Below, piece after piece: positions 8,679 through 22,437 of a stretch of DNA of 64,000 nt. Every line of letters starts with the position of its first letter. Position 1 is the first letter of the stretch. Under the pieces are notes generated by a model. That model was not told where the DNA came from and did no database searches. It saw nothing but the letters and a program-made list of their open reading frames with translations. The position numbers and the translations under genes were made by a program. The DNA lies in assembly GCA_963772855.1 (NCBI GenBank), contig CAVYYY010000003.1, positions 568,290-632,289 of the forward strand, given 5' to 3'. The stretch comes from an uncultured Actinomycetes bacterium (GTDB lineage Bacteria; Actinomycetota; Thermoleophilia; Gaiellales; Gaiellaceae).

Positions 8679-10022
8679 ATGAGCGCGCAGGTCGAGGAGC
8701 TGGCGGACAACAAGGTCCGGCTGACGGTCGACGTTCCCCGCGAGGACGTGCACCACGCCGTGGAGCATGCGGCGTCCGACCTCGCCGAGAGCGTGAAGAT
8801 CCCGGGATTCCGCAAGGGGAAGGTGCCGATGCCGGTGCTCGTCTCCCGCATCGGCAAGGAACGCCTGTACAGCGAGGCGATCGAGAGCCACATCGGCAGC
8901 TGGTACGGGAACGCCGTCGCGATGACGCGGATCCGGCCGGCGGAGCAGCCGGAGCTCGACTACGAGCTCCCGGACTCGGATTCCGAGGACTGGCGCTTCA
9001 CCGCGACGGTCTCGGTCCTCCCGACGCCGGAGGTGCCCGACTGGTCGAAGCTCCAGGTGCCGTACGCCGAGCCCGAGATCCCCGAGGACATCGTGGACCA
9101 CGAGCTCAATGTCCTCCGCTCGACCGTGGCCGAGCTCGCCCCGGTCGAGGACCGGCCGACGCAGCTCGGCGACACGATCGTGGTCGATCTCGAGGCGGAC
9201 GACGGCGGTGGCCAGCGCGACTACGTGGTCGAGCTCGGGACCGGACGGCTGCTGGAGGAGCTCGAGGAGCAGCTCGTCGGCATGGCGTCCGGCGAGACGA
9301 AGGAGCTCGAGCTCGATCGGCCCGGCGAGGAGGAACCGGCCTCGATCCAGGCCACCGTCAAGGAGATCAAGGAGAAGGTGCTGCCGGAGCTGGACGACGA
9401 GCTCGCGCGCTCGGCGTCCGAGTTCGACACGCTGGACGAGCTGCGCGCCGAGATCGGCGAGCGCCTGCGCGCGCAGCTGGAACTGGAGGCCGACGAGGCC
9501 TTCCGGCGCGCAACCGTCGACCGCCTCGTCGAGGCGGCGGCCCCGCAGGTCTCAGGCCCGGTCGTCGACGCCCGCACGCGCGGGCTCCTGCGCGAGCTCG
9601 ACACGGTGATGCGGCGCAGCGGGACGACCCTCGACACGTATCTCCAGGTCTCGGGCGACTCGCCCGAGAATCTCGTCGCGAGATTGCGCGAGCAGGCGGC
9701 CGCATCTGTCGCCGGCGAGCTCGTCCTCGAGGCGATCGCGGACCAGCTCGGGATCGAGGTCACGGACGAGGAGGTCGACGCGGCCTTCCGCGAGCGATTC
9801 GACGAGCCGGAGAAGATCATCGAGCAGGCGCGCGAGGCAGGCGCCTACGACGCCGAGCGCGAGACCATGCGTCTGGCCCGAGCCCTCGACCGCGTCACGG
9901 CCGACGTCGAGCGCATTCCGCCCGAGCAGGCGGCTGCGCGCGAGGCAATCTGGACGCCCGACAAGGAAAAGCCCAAGACGGAGACGAAACTGTGGACCCC
10001 CGGCAGTAAGGAGCCAGCCTAA
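8679..10022 (+). CDS. tig: trigger factor
   Basis: 447 aa. The ribosome-binding signature [10 protein letters not shown] sits in the N-domain, the C-terminus is acidic, and the gene lies upstream of clpP-clpX. Confidence 0.95.
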   Translation: MSAQVEELADNKVRLTVDVPREDVHHAVEHAASDLAESVKIPGFRKGKVPMPVLVSRIGKERLYSEAIESHIGSWYGNAVAMTRIRPAEQPELDYELPDSDSEDWRFTATVSVLPTPEVPDWSKLQVPYAEPEIPEDIVDHELNVLRSTVAELAPVEDRPTQLGDTIVVDLEADDGGGQRDYVVELGTGRLLEELEEQLVGMASGETKELELDRPGEEEPASIQATVKEIKEKVLPELDDELARSASEFDTLDELRAEIGERLRAQLELEADEAFRRATVDRLVEAAAPQVSGPVVDARTRGLLRELDTVMRRSGTTLDTYLQVSGDSPENLVARLREQAAASVAGELVLEAIADQLGIEVTDEEVDAAFRERFDEPEKIIEQAREAGAYDAERETMRLARALDRVTADVERIPPEQAAAREAIWTPDKEKPKTETKLWTPGSKEPA

Positions 10023-10024
10023 AA

Positions 10025-10609
10025 ATGAGTCCTCTCATCCCGATGGTGATCGAGCAGACCTCGCGCGGCGAGCGATCGTTCGACATCTACTCGCGTCTGC
10101 TCAACGAGCGGATCATCTTCCTCGGCACTCCGATCGACGACCAGATCGCCAACCTCATCGTGGCGCAGCTGATCCATCTCGAATCCGAGGACCCCGAGAA
10201 GGACATCCAGATCTACATCAACTCGCCGGGCGGCCAGGTGTACTCCGGCCTCGCGATCTACGACACCATGCAGTACATCAAGCCCGACATCCAGACGACC
10301 TGTATCGGGATCGCGATGTCGATGGGCGCGATCATCCTGGCGGGCGGGACGAAAGGAAAGCGGGTCGCGCTGCCGAACGCCAAGATCCTCATCCACCAAG
10401 TTTCGGGCGGCTTCCAGGGGCAGGCGACCGACATCGAGATCCAGGCCCGCGAGACGATCAACCTCAAGAGGCGCCTGGAGGAGATCCTGGCCGAGCACAC
10501 CGGGAGGCCGCAAGAGCAGGTGGCGAAGGACATGGAACGGGACTATTTCCTGACTTCGCAAGAAGCACAGGAGTACGGCATCATCGATAACGTGATCGCG
10601 CATCGGTAG
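10025..10609 (+). CDS. clpP: ATP-dependent Clp protease proteolytic subunit
   Basis: 194 aa with canonical ClpP sequence ([27 protein letters not shown] containing the catalytic Ser). Confidence 0.97.
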   Translation: MSPLIPMVIEQTSRGERSFDIYSRLLNERIIFLGTPIDDQIANLIVAQLIHLESEDPEKDIQIYINSPGGQVYSGLAIYDTMQYIKPDIQTTCIGIAMSMGAIILAGGTKGKRVALPNAKILIHQVSGGFQGQATDIEIQARETINLKRRLEEILAEHTGRPQEQVAKDMERDYFLTSQEAQEYGIIDNVIAHR

Positions 10610-10642
10610 ACGGCCGGGGCGCAGTCGGTTAAAAGGAGAGAC

Positions 10643-11922
<1,280 letters not shown>

Positions 11923-11926
<4 letters not shown>

Positions 11927-12724
11927 CCCGGCCCGGCTTCCACCAGGCGCAGCATCTCGTCGCGCGGCCCGCGCTGGTCGTGCACGCTCTCGAGCCACCA
12001 GGTCGCCCCGGCATTCGCAAAGGCTGCGATCTCCCAGTGGCTCGACTCGCCGAGGACGGCGACGTCGAATCCGTCGAGAGGCCGCAGGGTGGAGACGACC
12101 TCCAGGCCGCGCGCAACGTCGTCCGGCGTGGCGCCGAACTCCGGCGGGTACGCGCTGTCGGGGATCCAGCCGTCCCAGCGGGCGGCACGGCGGACCGACG
12201 GCGGCTTGTTCCCGCCGATCCAGATCGGCACCCGGTCCTGCACCGGCGTCGGTGCGAGCGTCACGCCGTCGACCGTGTAGTGCTCGCCGTGGTGGCTCAC
12301 CTCCACCCCTGACCACAGCTGGCGCATGAGGTCGAGACCCTCGTCGAGCATCGCCGCGCGCGACTTCGCGTCCGTCGGTTCGCCGAACTTTCCGAACTCC
12401 GAGGCCGAGCCGCCGAGCCCGGCCCCGAAGATCACGCGTCCGCCGCTGAGGACGTCGAGCGTCGCGACCTGGTTGGCGAGCACCTGCGGCCGGCGCCGGG
12501 CGACGGGCGTCACGGCCGTTCCGAGCCGAAGACCCTCCGTCTTCGTCGCGATCGCAGCCAGCGTCGCTCCACGGGTCCGCGGCCGGCGGTCCCCAGACGA
12601 ACGCGAGGTGATCCCAGAGGAAGATCCCGTCCCAGCCGTTCGCCTCGGCGGCCTGCGCAACCTCGATTGCGACGTGCGGATCGGAGTACGAGCCGACGTT
12701 CGCGAGGCAGATCCCGTGGCGCAT
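11923..12724 (-). CDS. LLM-class (luciferase-like) flavin/F420-dependent oxidoreductase; one frame break ~12575
   Basis: The N-terminus [16 protein letters not shown]...[11 protein letters not shown] lies in the frame of ORF 10871..12916. The remainder ([40 protein letters not shown]) lies in ORF 11923..12735. Confidence 0.75.
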
Positions 12725-14421
12725 GTCCGTGACATTAGAGTCCGGCGTCGTGGAGTTCACCACGCGACCCGAGCTGCGCGGGACGTTCGGAATGGTGACG
12801 TCGACGCACTGGCTCGCCTCCGCGGCGGGGATGGCCGTGCTCGAGCGAGGCGGGAACGCGTTCGACGCGGCCGTCGCGGCGGGCTTCACGCTGCAGGTCG
12901 TCGAGCCGCACCTCAACGGCCCCGGCGGAGAGGTGCCCGCGATCTTCTACTCGGTCGAGCACGGTGAGCCGCTCGTCCTCTGCGGCCAGGGAGTCGGCGC
13001 CTGCCGCGGCGACGATCGACCGCTACCGCGCGCTCGGCCACGATCTGATTCCCGGCACCGGCGTTCTCGCCGCGTGCGTCCCCGGCGCCTTCGGCGGGTG
13101 GCTGTTGATGCTCCGGGACTTCGGCACCTGGCGCCTCGAGGACGTGCTCGGTTCGCGATCGACTACGCCGACGGCGGCTTCCCTGTGGTCGGCCGGCATT
13201 CGCGCGTCGATCGAGCGTCAGCGCGAGCTGCTCGCGACCTGGCCCGCGTCGAGCGAGCTCTATCTCCCTCCCCCGGCGGTCGGCTCGCAGATGCGGAACC
13301 GACAGCTCGCCGCGACGTACCGCAGCATCCTCGACGAGTCGCGCGGCGGCTCACGCGAGGAGGAGATCGACCGGGCGCGGGAGGTCTTCTACGAGGGCTT
13401 CGTCGCAGACGAGATCCATCGCTTCTGCGAGGACGAGGACGGGCTCCTCACGCGCGATGACCTCGCCGGCTGGCGTGCGACACTCGAGCAGCCGGTCACG
13501 TACGACTACCGCGGGGTCACCGTGTGCAAGACCGGGCCGTGGGGATCGGGCCCCGTCGCGCTCCAGCAGCTCGCTCTGCTCGAGGGCTTCGACGTGGCGG
13601 AGCTCTCGGAGGAAGAGTTCGTCCACGTCGTCATCGAGTGCGCGAAGCTCGCCTTCGCGGATCGCGACGCGCTGTACGGGGATGCCGACGTCCCGCTCGA
13701 GACGCTTCTGTCGGCCGAGTACAACGACCGGAGGCGCGCGCTCGTCACTGACGACGCGTCAGGAGAGTACGAGCCCGGTCTTGGTCGGCTGCCGTCGATC
13801 GTGGAGGTGCAGCCGATGGCAGGCGCCGGCGAGCCGACCCGCGGCGACACCGTCCATCTCGACACCGCCGACCGCTGGGGGAACATGGTTTCGGCGACGC
13901 CGAGCGGCGGCTGGCTCTACGGGTCGCCGGTGATCGGGGCGCTCGGCTGGCCGCTCGGGACGCGAGCGCAGATGTTCTGGCTCGAGGAGGGTCTGCCGTC
14001 GTCGCTCCGTCCCGGCGCCCGCCCACGAACGACGCTCTCGCCGGGGCTCGCGCTGCGAGACGGGAAGCCCTGGCTCGCGTGGGGAACTCCCGGCGGCGAT
14101 CAGCAGGAGCAGTGGGCGTTCCACGTCTTCCTGCGCCACGCCGACCGCGGCATGAATCTCCAGGAGGCGATCGATGCACCCGAGTTTCACACCGACCACC
14201 TGATCTCGTCGTTCTACCCGCGCGACTTCAGTCGGCTGTCGCTGGACGTGGAGGGGCGCTTCGGCGACGACGTCGTCTCGGGACTTCGCGCCCGTGGGCA
14301 CGACGTCACCGTCGGTCCTGACTGGGCGTGGGGGCGCGTCGAGGCGATCGAGTCCGCCGACGGCCAGCTGCGCGCGGCGGCGAGCCCGCGCGGCATGCAG
14401 GGGTACGCCGCGGGGCGCTAG
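12723..14421 (+). CDS. ggt: gamma-glutamyltransferase family protein; about 3 frame breaks (~12990, ~13150, ~13190)
   Basis: N-terminus RPELRGTFGMVTSTHWLASAAG is in ORF 12723..13460, and the rest is in ORF 12964..14421. The autoprocessing-site context GDTVHLDTADRWGNMVSATPS is present (nucleophile Thr). Confidence 0.8.
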
Positions 14422-14457
14422 AAACACGCGCGCGCGGCGGGGCTAGGATCGCTGCGC

Positions 14458-16870
14458 GTGATGGAGCCGCTGTACACACCTCACGGCGTCGAGGAACGCT
14501 GGCAGCGCACCTGGGAGGACGAGGGCCATTACAACGCCGACCCCGACCCGTCGCGCGAGAGCTTCGTCATCGCGCATCCGCCGCCGAACGTCACCGGCGA
14601 CCTCCACCTCGGCCATGCGCTGCAGCTGTCCCTCGCCGACACGATCGTCCGCACGCGCCGCATGCAGGGCTACAACACGCTCTTCCAGCCCGGCTTCGAC
14701 CACGCGGGGATCTCGACCCAGAACGCCGTCGAGAAACATCTCGCGACCGAGGGGAAGACGCGGCAGGACCTCGGCCGCGAGGCGTTCGAGACGCGCGTCT
14801 GGGAGTGGCTGCGCGAGTACGGCGGCAAGATCATGTTCCAGTTCCGCCGGACCGGCGCCTCGCTCGACTACCGCCGCGAGCGCTTCACGATGGACGACGC
14901 GTACGTGCGCGCGGTCATGCGCTACTTCGTCCATCTCTACCGGAAGGGCTGGATCTACCGGGCGAACAGGATCATCAACTGGTGCCCGTTCCACCAGACG
15001 TCGCTCTCCGACCTCGAGGTCGCGCACGAGGACGTCGACGACGCGCTGAGCTACGTGCGCTACGCGTTCGCCGAGGCCGAGGGGCACATCACGATCGCGA
15101 CGGTGCGGCCAGCGACGATCCTCGCGGACGTCGCGGTCGCGGTGCACCCAGAGGACGATCGCTATCGCGACCTCGTCGGCCGCGACGTGATCGTCCCGTT
15201 CGTCGAGCGACGCGTGCCGGTGATCGCCGACGAGCGTGTCGAGCGCGACTTCGGCACCGGCGCGCTCAAGGTCACTCCTGGACATGACCCCTTGGACTAC
15301 GAGATCGGCCTCGCTCACGGCCTCCCGGAGCTCACCGTCATCGGTCCCGACGGGCGCATGAACGAGGAGCGCCGGCGAGCTCGCCGGGCTCACGCAGGAG
15401 GAGGCGGACGAGCGCGTGCTCGACTGGCTCAAGGAGCACGACCAGCTCGAGAAGCGCGAGTCCCACCGCCATTCGGTGGCGCTCTGCGACCGGTGCAAGA
15501 GCCGGATCGAGCCGCGCATCTCGCTGCAGTGGTGGTGCTCGATGGACGAGCTCAGGCAGCCGGCGCTCGAGGCCCTCCGCACGGGACGTGTCCGGTACCA
15601 CCCGGAGTCGCAGCATCGCTTCGCGATTCAGTCGCTCGAGGACGCGCCGGACTGGAACATCTCCAGGCAGATCTGGTGGGGGCACCAGTTGCCCGTGTGG
15701 GAGTGCCCGGACGGCCACGTCACCGTGGCGGAGACCGATCCCGAGGCATGTGCCGACTGCGGCTCGACGAAGCTGACGCGTTCGACCGACGTTCTCGACA
15801 CATGGTTTTCGTCGGCGCTCTGGCCCTTCGCCACGCTCGGGTGGCCCGACGACACGGAGGACCTCCGCGCCTTCTACCCGGGAGACCTGAACACGACGGC
15901 GCGGGACATCATCCGCCTCTGGGAGAACCGGATGATCTTCTCCGGGCTCGAGCTGATGGGCGACGTGCCGTTCACCGACGTCGTCATTCACTCGACCGTG
16001 CACGCACCGACCGGCGGCCGGATGTCGAAGAGCCTCGGCACCGGGATGAACCCGCTGGCCGTCATCGACGCCTACGGCGCCGACGCGATGCGCTACGGGC
16101 TCATGAAGATGGCGTCTGCGCAGGACGTGCGCTTTTCGGAGGGCGCGATCGAGGAGGGCCGCAAGCTCGCGAACAAGCTCTGGAACGTCGCGCGCCTGAT
16201 CATCGCCGCGTCCGAGGGCGTGGAGCCGGACGAGCGTCCGACCTCGCTCGAGGAACGCTGGATCCTCGCGCGGCTCTCGCAGACGCAGCGGCGTGTCGAG
16301 GACTATCTCGACGAGTTCGACTTCTCACACGTCGTCGGTGAGCTGTACCACCTCACGTTCGACGACTTCTGCGACTGGTACGCGGAGTCGGTGAAGGGGA
16401 GGCTCTACGACGGTGACGCCGATGCGCGCGCGACAGCGACCGCTGCCCTCGAGCGCCTGCTCAAGCTCCTGCATCCCGCCATGCCGCACGTCACGGAGGA
16501 GATCTGGACGAACCTCCCGTCGCGCGCGTCGCGCCTCATCGTCGCGCCGTGGCCTGAGGCGGGGGAGGAGAGCGATGCCTCGGCGCTCGTCCGCACCCAG
16601 GAAGCCGCCGAGATGTACCGCCGAAGCGCTGTACGCGTCCCGCTCGACGGTGAGGAGCTCCGCATCTTCGAGGCCGTGGTGCGTCCCGGAACACAGGAAG
16701 GCGACGGCGATGCCGTAGCCGAGATCGCACGCCTCCGCAAGGAGGTCGCGCGGGCGGAGGGCATGCTCGCGAACGCGCGCTTCGTGCAGAACGCTCCGGC
16801 CGAGGTCGTCGAGGCGGAGCGGGAGAAGCTCGCGCGCTACCAGCGGGAGCTCGATGTCCTCCGCAGCTGA
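14458..16870 (+). CDS. valS: valine--tRNA ligase; one frame break ~15366
   Basis: ORF 14458..16341 carries PPPNVTGDLHLGHA (HIGH). ORF 15416..16870 carries GRMSKSLG (KMSKS) and the C-terminal coiled coil. The junction lies at ...DGRMNEE / AGELAGLTQEEADERVLDWLKEH. Confidence 0.92.
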
Positions 16871-17963
16871 CTACGTGGAGTCATTGAGCCCGTGGCCACG
16901 GGACGGCTTCGGGCTCGACCGGATACGGGCGCTGCTACGCGAGCTCGGGGACCCACAACGGGCCTACCCCTCGATCCATGTCGTCGGGACGAACGGCAAG
17001 TCGACGGTCACGCGGACGACGGAGGAGCTGCTCACCCGGGAAGGGCTCGTGGTCGGCGCGTACTTCTCGCCGCACGTGCGCAACTGGAGCGAGCGGATCC
17101 GGATCGGCGGCGACGAAGCCGACTTCGAGCGCGCCGTCGCGCGCGTCCGGCCGGCGGCCGAGCGGCTCGATGCGACGCAGTTCGAGCTCCTGACGGCGGC
17201 AGCTCTCGTCGAGTTCGCCGAGTCCCGAGCCGACATGGCGGTGGTGGAGGCCGGCCTCGGCGGCCGTCACGACGCGACGAACGTCCTCGAGTCGCCCATT
17301 CAGGTCCTGACGAACATCTCGCTCGAGCACACCGACGTCCTCGGCACGACGCGCGAGGCGATCGCCGCCGAGAAGCTCGCGGTCGTGCAGCGCGGCGCTA
17401 CTGTGATCCTCGGAGAGCCTGAGTGGGAGGGCATGTCGCGTGACAACGGAGCGGGCCAGGTGGTCCACGCGGGGCGGAGCAACCTCGCCCTCGCGCTCGC
17501 GGCGGCCGAGGCGTTTGTCGGCCGGCCCGTGGAGGGCCACGTGGACGTCGATCTTCCGGGGCGGCTCGAGCGCCGGAACGACGACCCGATCGAGATCTGG
17601 GACGGAGCGCACAACCTCGGGGGCGTCGGCTACGTCCTCGCCCGCCTGCCCCACGCGCGCTACGTCATCGTGGCCTCGATCCTCGCCGACAAGGACATCG
17701 ACGGCATGCTCGCCGCCTTCTCCGCCCTCGGCGACCGGCTCGTCGCCACGACCTCCAGCAGCGACCGGGCCGTATCGGCCGCGGATCTGGCCGAGCGGGC
17801 AAGGCCGTACTTCGGGCACGTCGAGGCGGTCGAGAGCCCCGTGGAGGCGGTGGCGCGCGCCCGGGCCCTCGGAAAACCGCTGCTCGTCACCGGCTCCCTT
17901 TACCTCCTGGCCGATCTGTCCAAGGATGAAGGACGACGATGGCGAACGTTGGCGACAGGTTGA
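16854..17963 (+). CDS. folC: bifunctional folylpolyglutamate synthase / dihydrofolate synthase
   Basis: 369 aa with P-loop VGTNGKSTV and Mur-ligase-like domains. It overlaps the valS stop by 17 nt, and valS-folC synteny is conserved. Confidence 0.9.
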   Translation: MSSAADYVESLSPWPRDGFGLDRIRALLRELGDPQRAYPSIHVVGTNGKSTVTRTTEELLTREGLVVGAYFSPHVRNWSERIRIGGDEADFERAVARVRPAAERLDATQFELLTAAALVEFAESRADMAVVEAGLGGRHDATNVLESPIQVLTNISLEHTDVLGTTREAIAAEKLAVVQRGATVILGEPEWEGMSRDNGAGQVVHAGRSNLALALAAAEAFVGRPVEGHVDVDLPGRLERRNDDPIEIWDGAHNLGGVGYVLARLPHARYVIVASILADKDIDGMLAAFSALGDRLVATTSSSDRAVSAADLAERARPYFGHVEAVESPVEAVARARALGKPLLVTGSLYLLADLSKDEGRRWRTLATG

Positions 17964-18052
17964 CCGTCTTCGCGGTCGCGGTGTTCGTCCTCGCCGCGAT
18001 CGTCGGGCTCGGCTTCCTCGCGGGGTATCTGATCGGAAGAATGCTCTTGTGA
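17939..18052 (+). CDS. possible 37-aa single-TM micro-protein
   Basis: ATG..TGA ORF that I read by eye ([37 protein letters not shown]); it is below the ORF-track cutoff. Its stop overlaps the next gene's GTG (GTGA). Confidence 0.3.
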   Translation: MANVGDRLTVFAVAVFVLAAIVGLGFLAGYLIGRMLL

Positions 18053-18588
18053 TCGCCAGCACCTTCAGCGGAATCCACGACTTCTTCGCCTCCGGCACGT
18101 GGGAGGTCATCCGCAACCTGCTGCTCTTCTTCCTCGTCGTCTTCTGGCTGGCGGTCGGCTACTGGGTCTACAAGGACGCGCGGCGGCGGATCGAGGACCC
18201 GGTGCTGATCGCGATGGCGGTCGTCCTCGGCCTCATCCCGCCGTACATCGGGGCGCTCGTCTACATGCTCTTCCGGCCGCCCGAATACCTCGAGGACGTC
18301 CGCGAGCGCGAGCTCGAGATCAAGGCCATGGAGGAACGGCTGTCGCGCCGCGACCTCTACTGCCCGGTCTGTCGCGCGGAGGTCGGCGCCGACTATCTCG
18401 TCTGTCCGGTGTGCACGACGAAGCTCCGCCAGGCCTGCGCGACCTGCAAGTCGCCGCTCGAGGCGCTGTGGCAGATCTGCCCCTACTGTGAGACGCCGGT
18501 CGAGCCGGCGACCGTCGACTTCCCGACGTTCGAGGTGCGGCCGCCGAAACGGCGGCGCCGTTCGGAGCGCGGGCAGGCGGGCGGCTAG
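18049..18588 (+). CDS. membrane protein with PLDc_N-like 2TM N-domain and C-terminal double zinc ribbon
   Basis: This is the second half of ORF 17440..18588, starting at the GTG at 18049. TM segments are [18 protein letters not shown] and [18 protein letters not shown]. Four CxxC pairs follow (CPVC, CPVC, CATC, CPYC). Confidence 0.65.
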   Translation: MIASTFSGIHDFFASGTWEVIRNLLLFFLVVFWLAVGYWVYKDARRRIEDPVLIAMAVVLGLIPPYIGALVYMLFRPPEYLEDVRERELEIKAMEERLSRRDLYCPVCRAEVGADYLVCPVCTTKLRQACATCKSPLEALWQICPYCETPVEPATVDFPTFEVRPPKRRRRSERGQAGG

Positions 18589-18614
18589 CGCTCGGGACTA
18601 GACTTGCGCGGCCC

Positions 18615-19034
18615 GTGGCCGTGGAACGCTCGCTGATCCTGATCAAGCCTGACGCCGTCGAGCGGCGGCTGGCCGGGGACATCCTCGGCCGCATCGAGCG
18701 GCGCGGCTTCACGATTCGCGCCGGGAAGCTCCTTCACGTGGACCGGGAGCTCGGCGAGACGCACTACGCCGAGCACCGCGAGAAGCCGTTCTTCGGCGAG
18801 CTCGTCGACTTCATCACCTCCGGGAGCACCTGGGCGCTCGTCGTGGAGGGCGAGGGCGCGATCGCGACGATGCGCAAGACCATCGGGGCGACCAACCCGG
18901 CGGACGCGGAACCGGGCTCCATTCGCGGCGACCTCGCAGTTGCGATGCCGGACAACCTCGTCCACGGCTCCGACTCACCTGAGTCCGCCCAGCGCGAGAT
19001 CGCGCTCTGGTTCCCCGACGATGAGCTCGCCTAG
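18615..19034 (+). CDS. ndk: nucleoside-diphosphate kinase
   Basis: 139 aa. [12 protein letters not shown] and NLVHGSDS (catalytic His) are canonical NDK motifs. Confidence 0.95.
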   Translation: MAVERSLILIKPDAVERRLAGDILGRIERRGFTIRAGKLLHVDRELGETHYAEHREKPFFGELVDFITSGSTWALVVEGEGAIATMRKTIGATNPADAEPGSIRGDLAVAMPDNLVHGSDSPESAQREIALWFPDDELA

Positions 19035-19803
19035 CTCGGACCTGCCGGACAGCGTCGCCAGAAACGTCAGCGACTGGACGAAGGCGAACGCCGACTTCAC
19101 CGACGCCAAGGCGGCGGACGAGTGGGGCAAGGAGGAGATCGAGTGGGGCGTCTTCGGCGTGCGCGAGAGCGACGTCGGTGCGCTCGGTGACGTCACGGAC
19201 AAGGACGTCGTCGAGCTCGGCTGCGGGACCGCGTACTTCTCGGCGTGGCTCGCGCGACGCGGCGCGCGCCCGGTCGGCGTCGACCCGACGCCGGCGCAGC
19301 TCGCGACCGCGCGCAGGATGCAGGAGGAGACCGGCATCTCGTTCCCGCTCGTCGAGGCGGCCGCCGAGAGCGTCCCGCTTCCCGACGAGTCCTTCGACCT
19401 CGTCCTCTCCGAGTACGGCGCGTCGCTGTGGGCCGTTCCGGAGCGCTGGCTCGCGGAGGCGTCACGCCTTCTCCGGCCGGGCGGCCGACTCGTCTTCCTC
19501 ACGAACTCGATCCTCGTGATCCTGTGCTCACCCGACGAAGGCATGGCGGAGGAGCGGCTGCACCGGCCGCAGTTCGAAGGCCTCTACCGCACCGAGTGGC
19601 CCGGCGAGGAGGGCGTCGAGTACCACCCGACGCACTCGGAGTGGATCCGCTTGCTGCGCGACAACGACTTCGAGGTGGAGGCGCTGCACGAGCTGCAGGC
19701 GCCGGGGGACCGCAGCACGCACATCTACTACGATTACGTCTCCGCCGAGTGGGCGCGCAAGTGGCCGTGCGAGGACTTGTGGGTCGCAAGCAAGCGTGGC
19801 TGA
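19021..19803 (+). CDS. class I SAM-dependent methyltransferase
   Basis: ORF 18940..19803 was trimmed to the ATG at 19021. Motif I is [12 protein letters not shown], followed by FDLVLSEYG and [11 protein letters not shown]. Confidence 0.8.
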   Translation: MSSPSSDLPDSVARNVSDWTKANADFTDAKAADEWGKEEIEWGVFGVRESDVGALGDVTDKDVVELGCGTAYFSAWLARRGARPVGVDPTPAQLATARRMQEETGISFPLVEAAAESVPLPDESFDLVLSEYGASLWAVPERWLAEASRLLRPGGRLVFLTNSILVILCSPDEGMAEERLHRPQFEGLYRTEWPGEEGVEYHPTHSEWIRLLRDNDFEVEALHELQAPGDRSTHIYYDYVSAEWARKWPCEDLWVASKRG

Positions 19804-20392
19804 CGCTCCGCCTGCACCTCCACTCCTCTTGGCGTCGACGTCGCCGCAGCGCAGAGCGATCCTCGAGCAGCTGCACATCCCGTTCGACGTCGTTCCTCCG
19901 CGCTACGAGGAGGAGACGCCCGAGGTCGCCGATGCCGTCGCAGTCGTGCGGATGCACGCGGCGGCGAAGGCGCGATCGGTCGCCGCCGAGGCCGACGGCC
20001 GACCGGTGCTCGGCGTCGACACCGCGGTCGTTCTCGACGGCGTGATCTACGGGAAGCCGACGGATGCCGGCGACGCCGAGCGGATGCTGGAACGGCTGAG
20101 CGGCAAGACGCACCTCGTCGTCTCCGGGCTTTGCCTGCGCACGGAGGCGTGGGAGGACGTCGAGCACGAGGCCACTCGCGTGTCGTTCCGTGGGCTCACC
20201 CCGCGCGAGCTGGGGACGTACGTGGGCAGCCACGAGTGGGAGGGACGCGCAGGCGCGTATGCGATCCAGGCACGGGGGGCAGCGCTCGTCCGAAGCATCG
20301 AAGGCGACTACCTCAACGTCGTCGGCCTGCCAGCCTCACTCCTCGTCCGGCTGCTCGCGGACCGCTTTTCCGGGGTCTACGGCTTCGGTTGA
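19796..20392 (+). CDS. maf: Maf-like nucleoside triphosphate pyrophosphatase
   Basis: 198 aa. LLLASTSPQRRAILEQL and YAIQ...GDYLNVVGLP are Maf signatures. The gene sits upstream of mreBCD. Confidence 0.9.
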   Translation: MADAPPAPPLLLASTSPQRRAILEQLHIPFDVVPPRYEEETPEVADAVAVVRMHAAAKARSVAAEADGRPVLGVDTAVVLDGVIYGKPTDAGDAERMLERLSGKTHLVVSGLCLRTEAWEDVEHEATRVSFRGLTPRELGTYVGSHEWEGRAGAYAIQARGAALVRSIEGDYLNVVGLPASLLVRLLADRFSGVYGFG

Positions 20393-21466
<1,074 letters not shown>

Positions 21467-21507
21467 GGCTGGCGCTTCCCGGTGGGGTCGCTAACCTAGG
21501 CTCTCTC

Positions 21508-22437
21508 GTGCCTCGAAACCGCTCTGCCGGCGCGGTGCTGGGCTCGTCCGCACCGAGACCGAGACCCCAGCCCTTCTCCTCACGCAACCGGTCGACCCTC
21601 CGCCGTCGACTCGTGGTGGGCGGTCTCGTCCTGGTCTCGCTCATCCTCATCACGGTCTCGTTCAGGGAGTCGTCGACAGGCGCCCTGCATCGGGTGGAAG
21701 GCGCCGGCGCGACCGTTCTGCGCCCGTTCGAGGTGGCCGCGGAGCGCGTGGCCAGGCCGTTCCGCGACGTCTACGGCTACTTCGCCGGTCTCGTCCACGT
21801 GAAGCAGGAGAACGAGAAGCTCAAGGCACAGGTCAACGAGCTTCGCCAGGCCGCGATCCAGGGCGCCAACGCGCGGGAGCAGTACGCGCACCTCCTCGAC
21901 CTCCTGCGCTTCATCGACAGCCCCGTGTTCCCGGCCGACTACCGACCCGCGAACACGAGGATCATCGGCTGGTCGAATGAGTTCGAGCAGCAGGTGATGA
22001 TCGCGGCGGGCTCCGACAACGGGATCGGACAGGACACTCCGATCGTCACGAGCGACGGCCTCGTCGGACGCGTCACCCAGGTCACCGGCAACGCCGCCCA
22101 GGTGACGCTACTCACCGACGAGAGCAGCGCGGTCCCGGCGCGCGACCAGAAGTCGGGCGCGGTCGGGCTCGTGCGCCACGGCCAGGGCGAGGGCTCTTTG
22201 ATCCTCGACCTCGTGATGAAGGATCGGCGCATCGACGTGGGCGACACCATCGTGACCGCGGGCACGCGCTCGAGGCAGTACCCGTCGCTCTTCCCGCGCG
22301 GCATCCCGATCGGGGTCGTGACACAGGTCGGCCAGAGCGACACGGCGCCGTACAAGCAGATTCAGATCGACCCGTTCGTCGACTTCTCGTCCCTCGACGC
22401 TGTCACTGCGCTGGTCTCGCGGAAGAAGGCTCGCTGA
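21508..22437 (+). CDS. mreC: rod shape-determining protein MreC
   Basis: This is the second half of ORF 20737..22437, starting at the GTG at 21508. It has an N-terminal TM, the coiled coil ENEKLKAQVNELR, and the beta-domain DGLVGRVTQV...TAGT...FPRGIPIG. Confidence 0.88.
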   Translation: MPRNRSAGAVLGSSAPRPRPQPFSSRNRSTLRRRLVVGGLVLVSLILITVSFRESSTGALHRVEGAGATVLRPFEVAAERVARPFRDVYGYFAGLVHVKQENEKLKAQVNELRQAAIQGANAREQYAHLLDLLRFIDSPVFPADYRPANTRIIGWSNEFEQQVMIAAGSDNGIGQDTPIVTSDGLVGRVTQVTGNAAQVTLLTDESSAVPARDQKSGAVGLVRHGQGEGSLILDLVMKDRRIDVGDTIVTAGTRSRQYPSLFPRGIPIGVVTQVGQSDTAPYKQIQIDPFVDFSSLDAVTALVSRKKAR

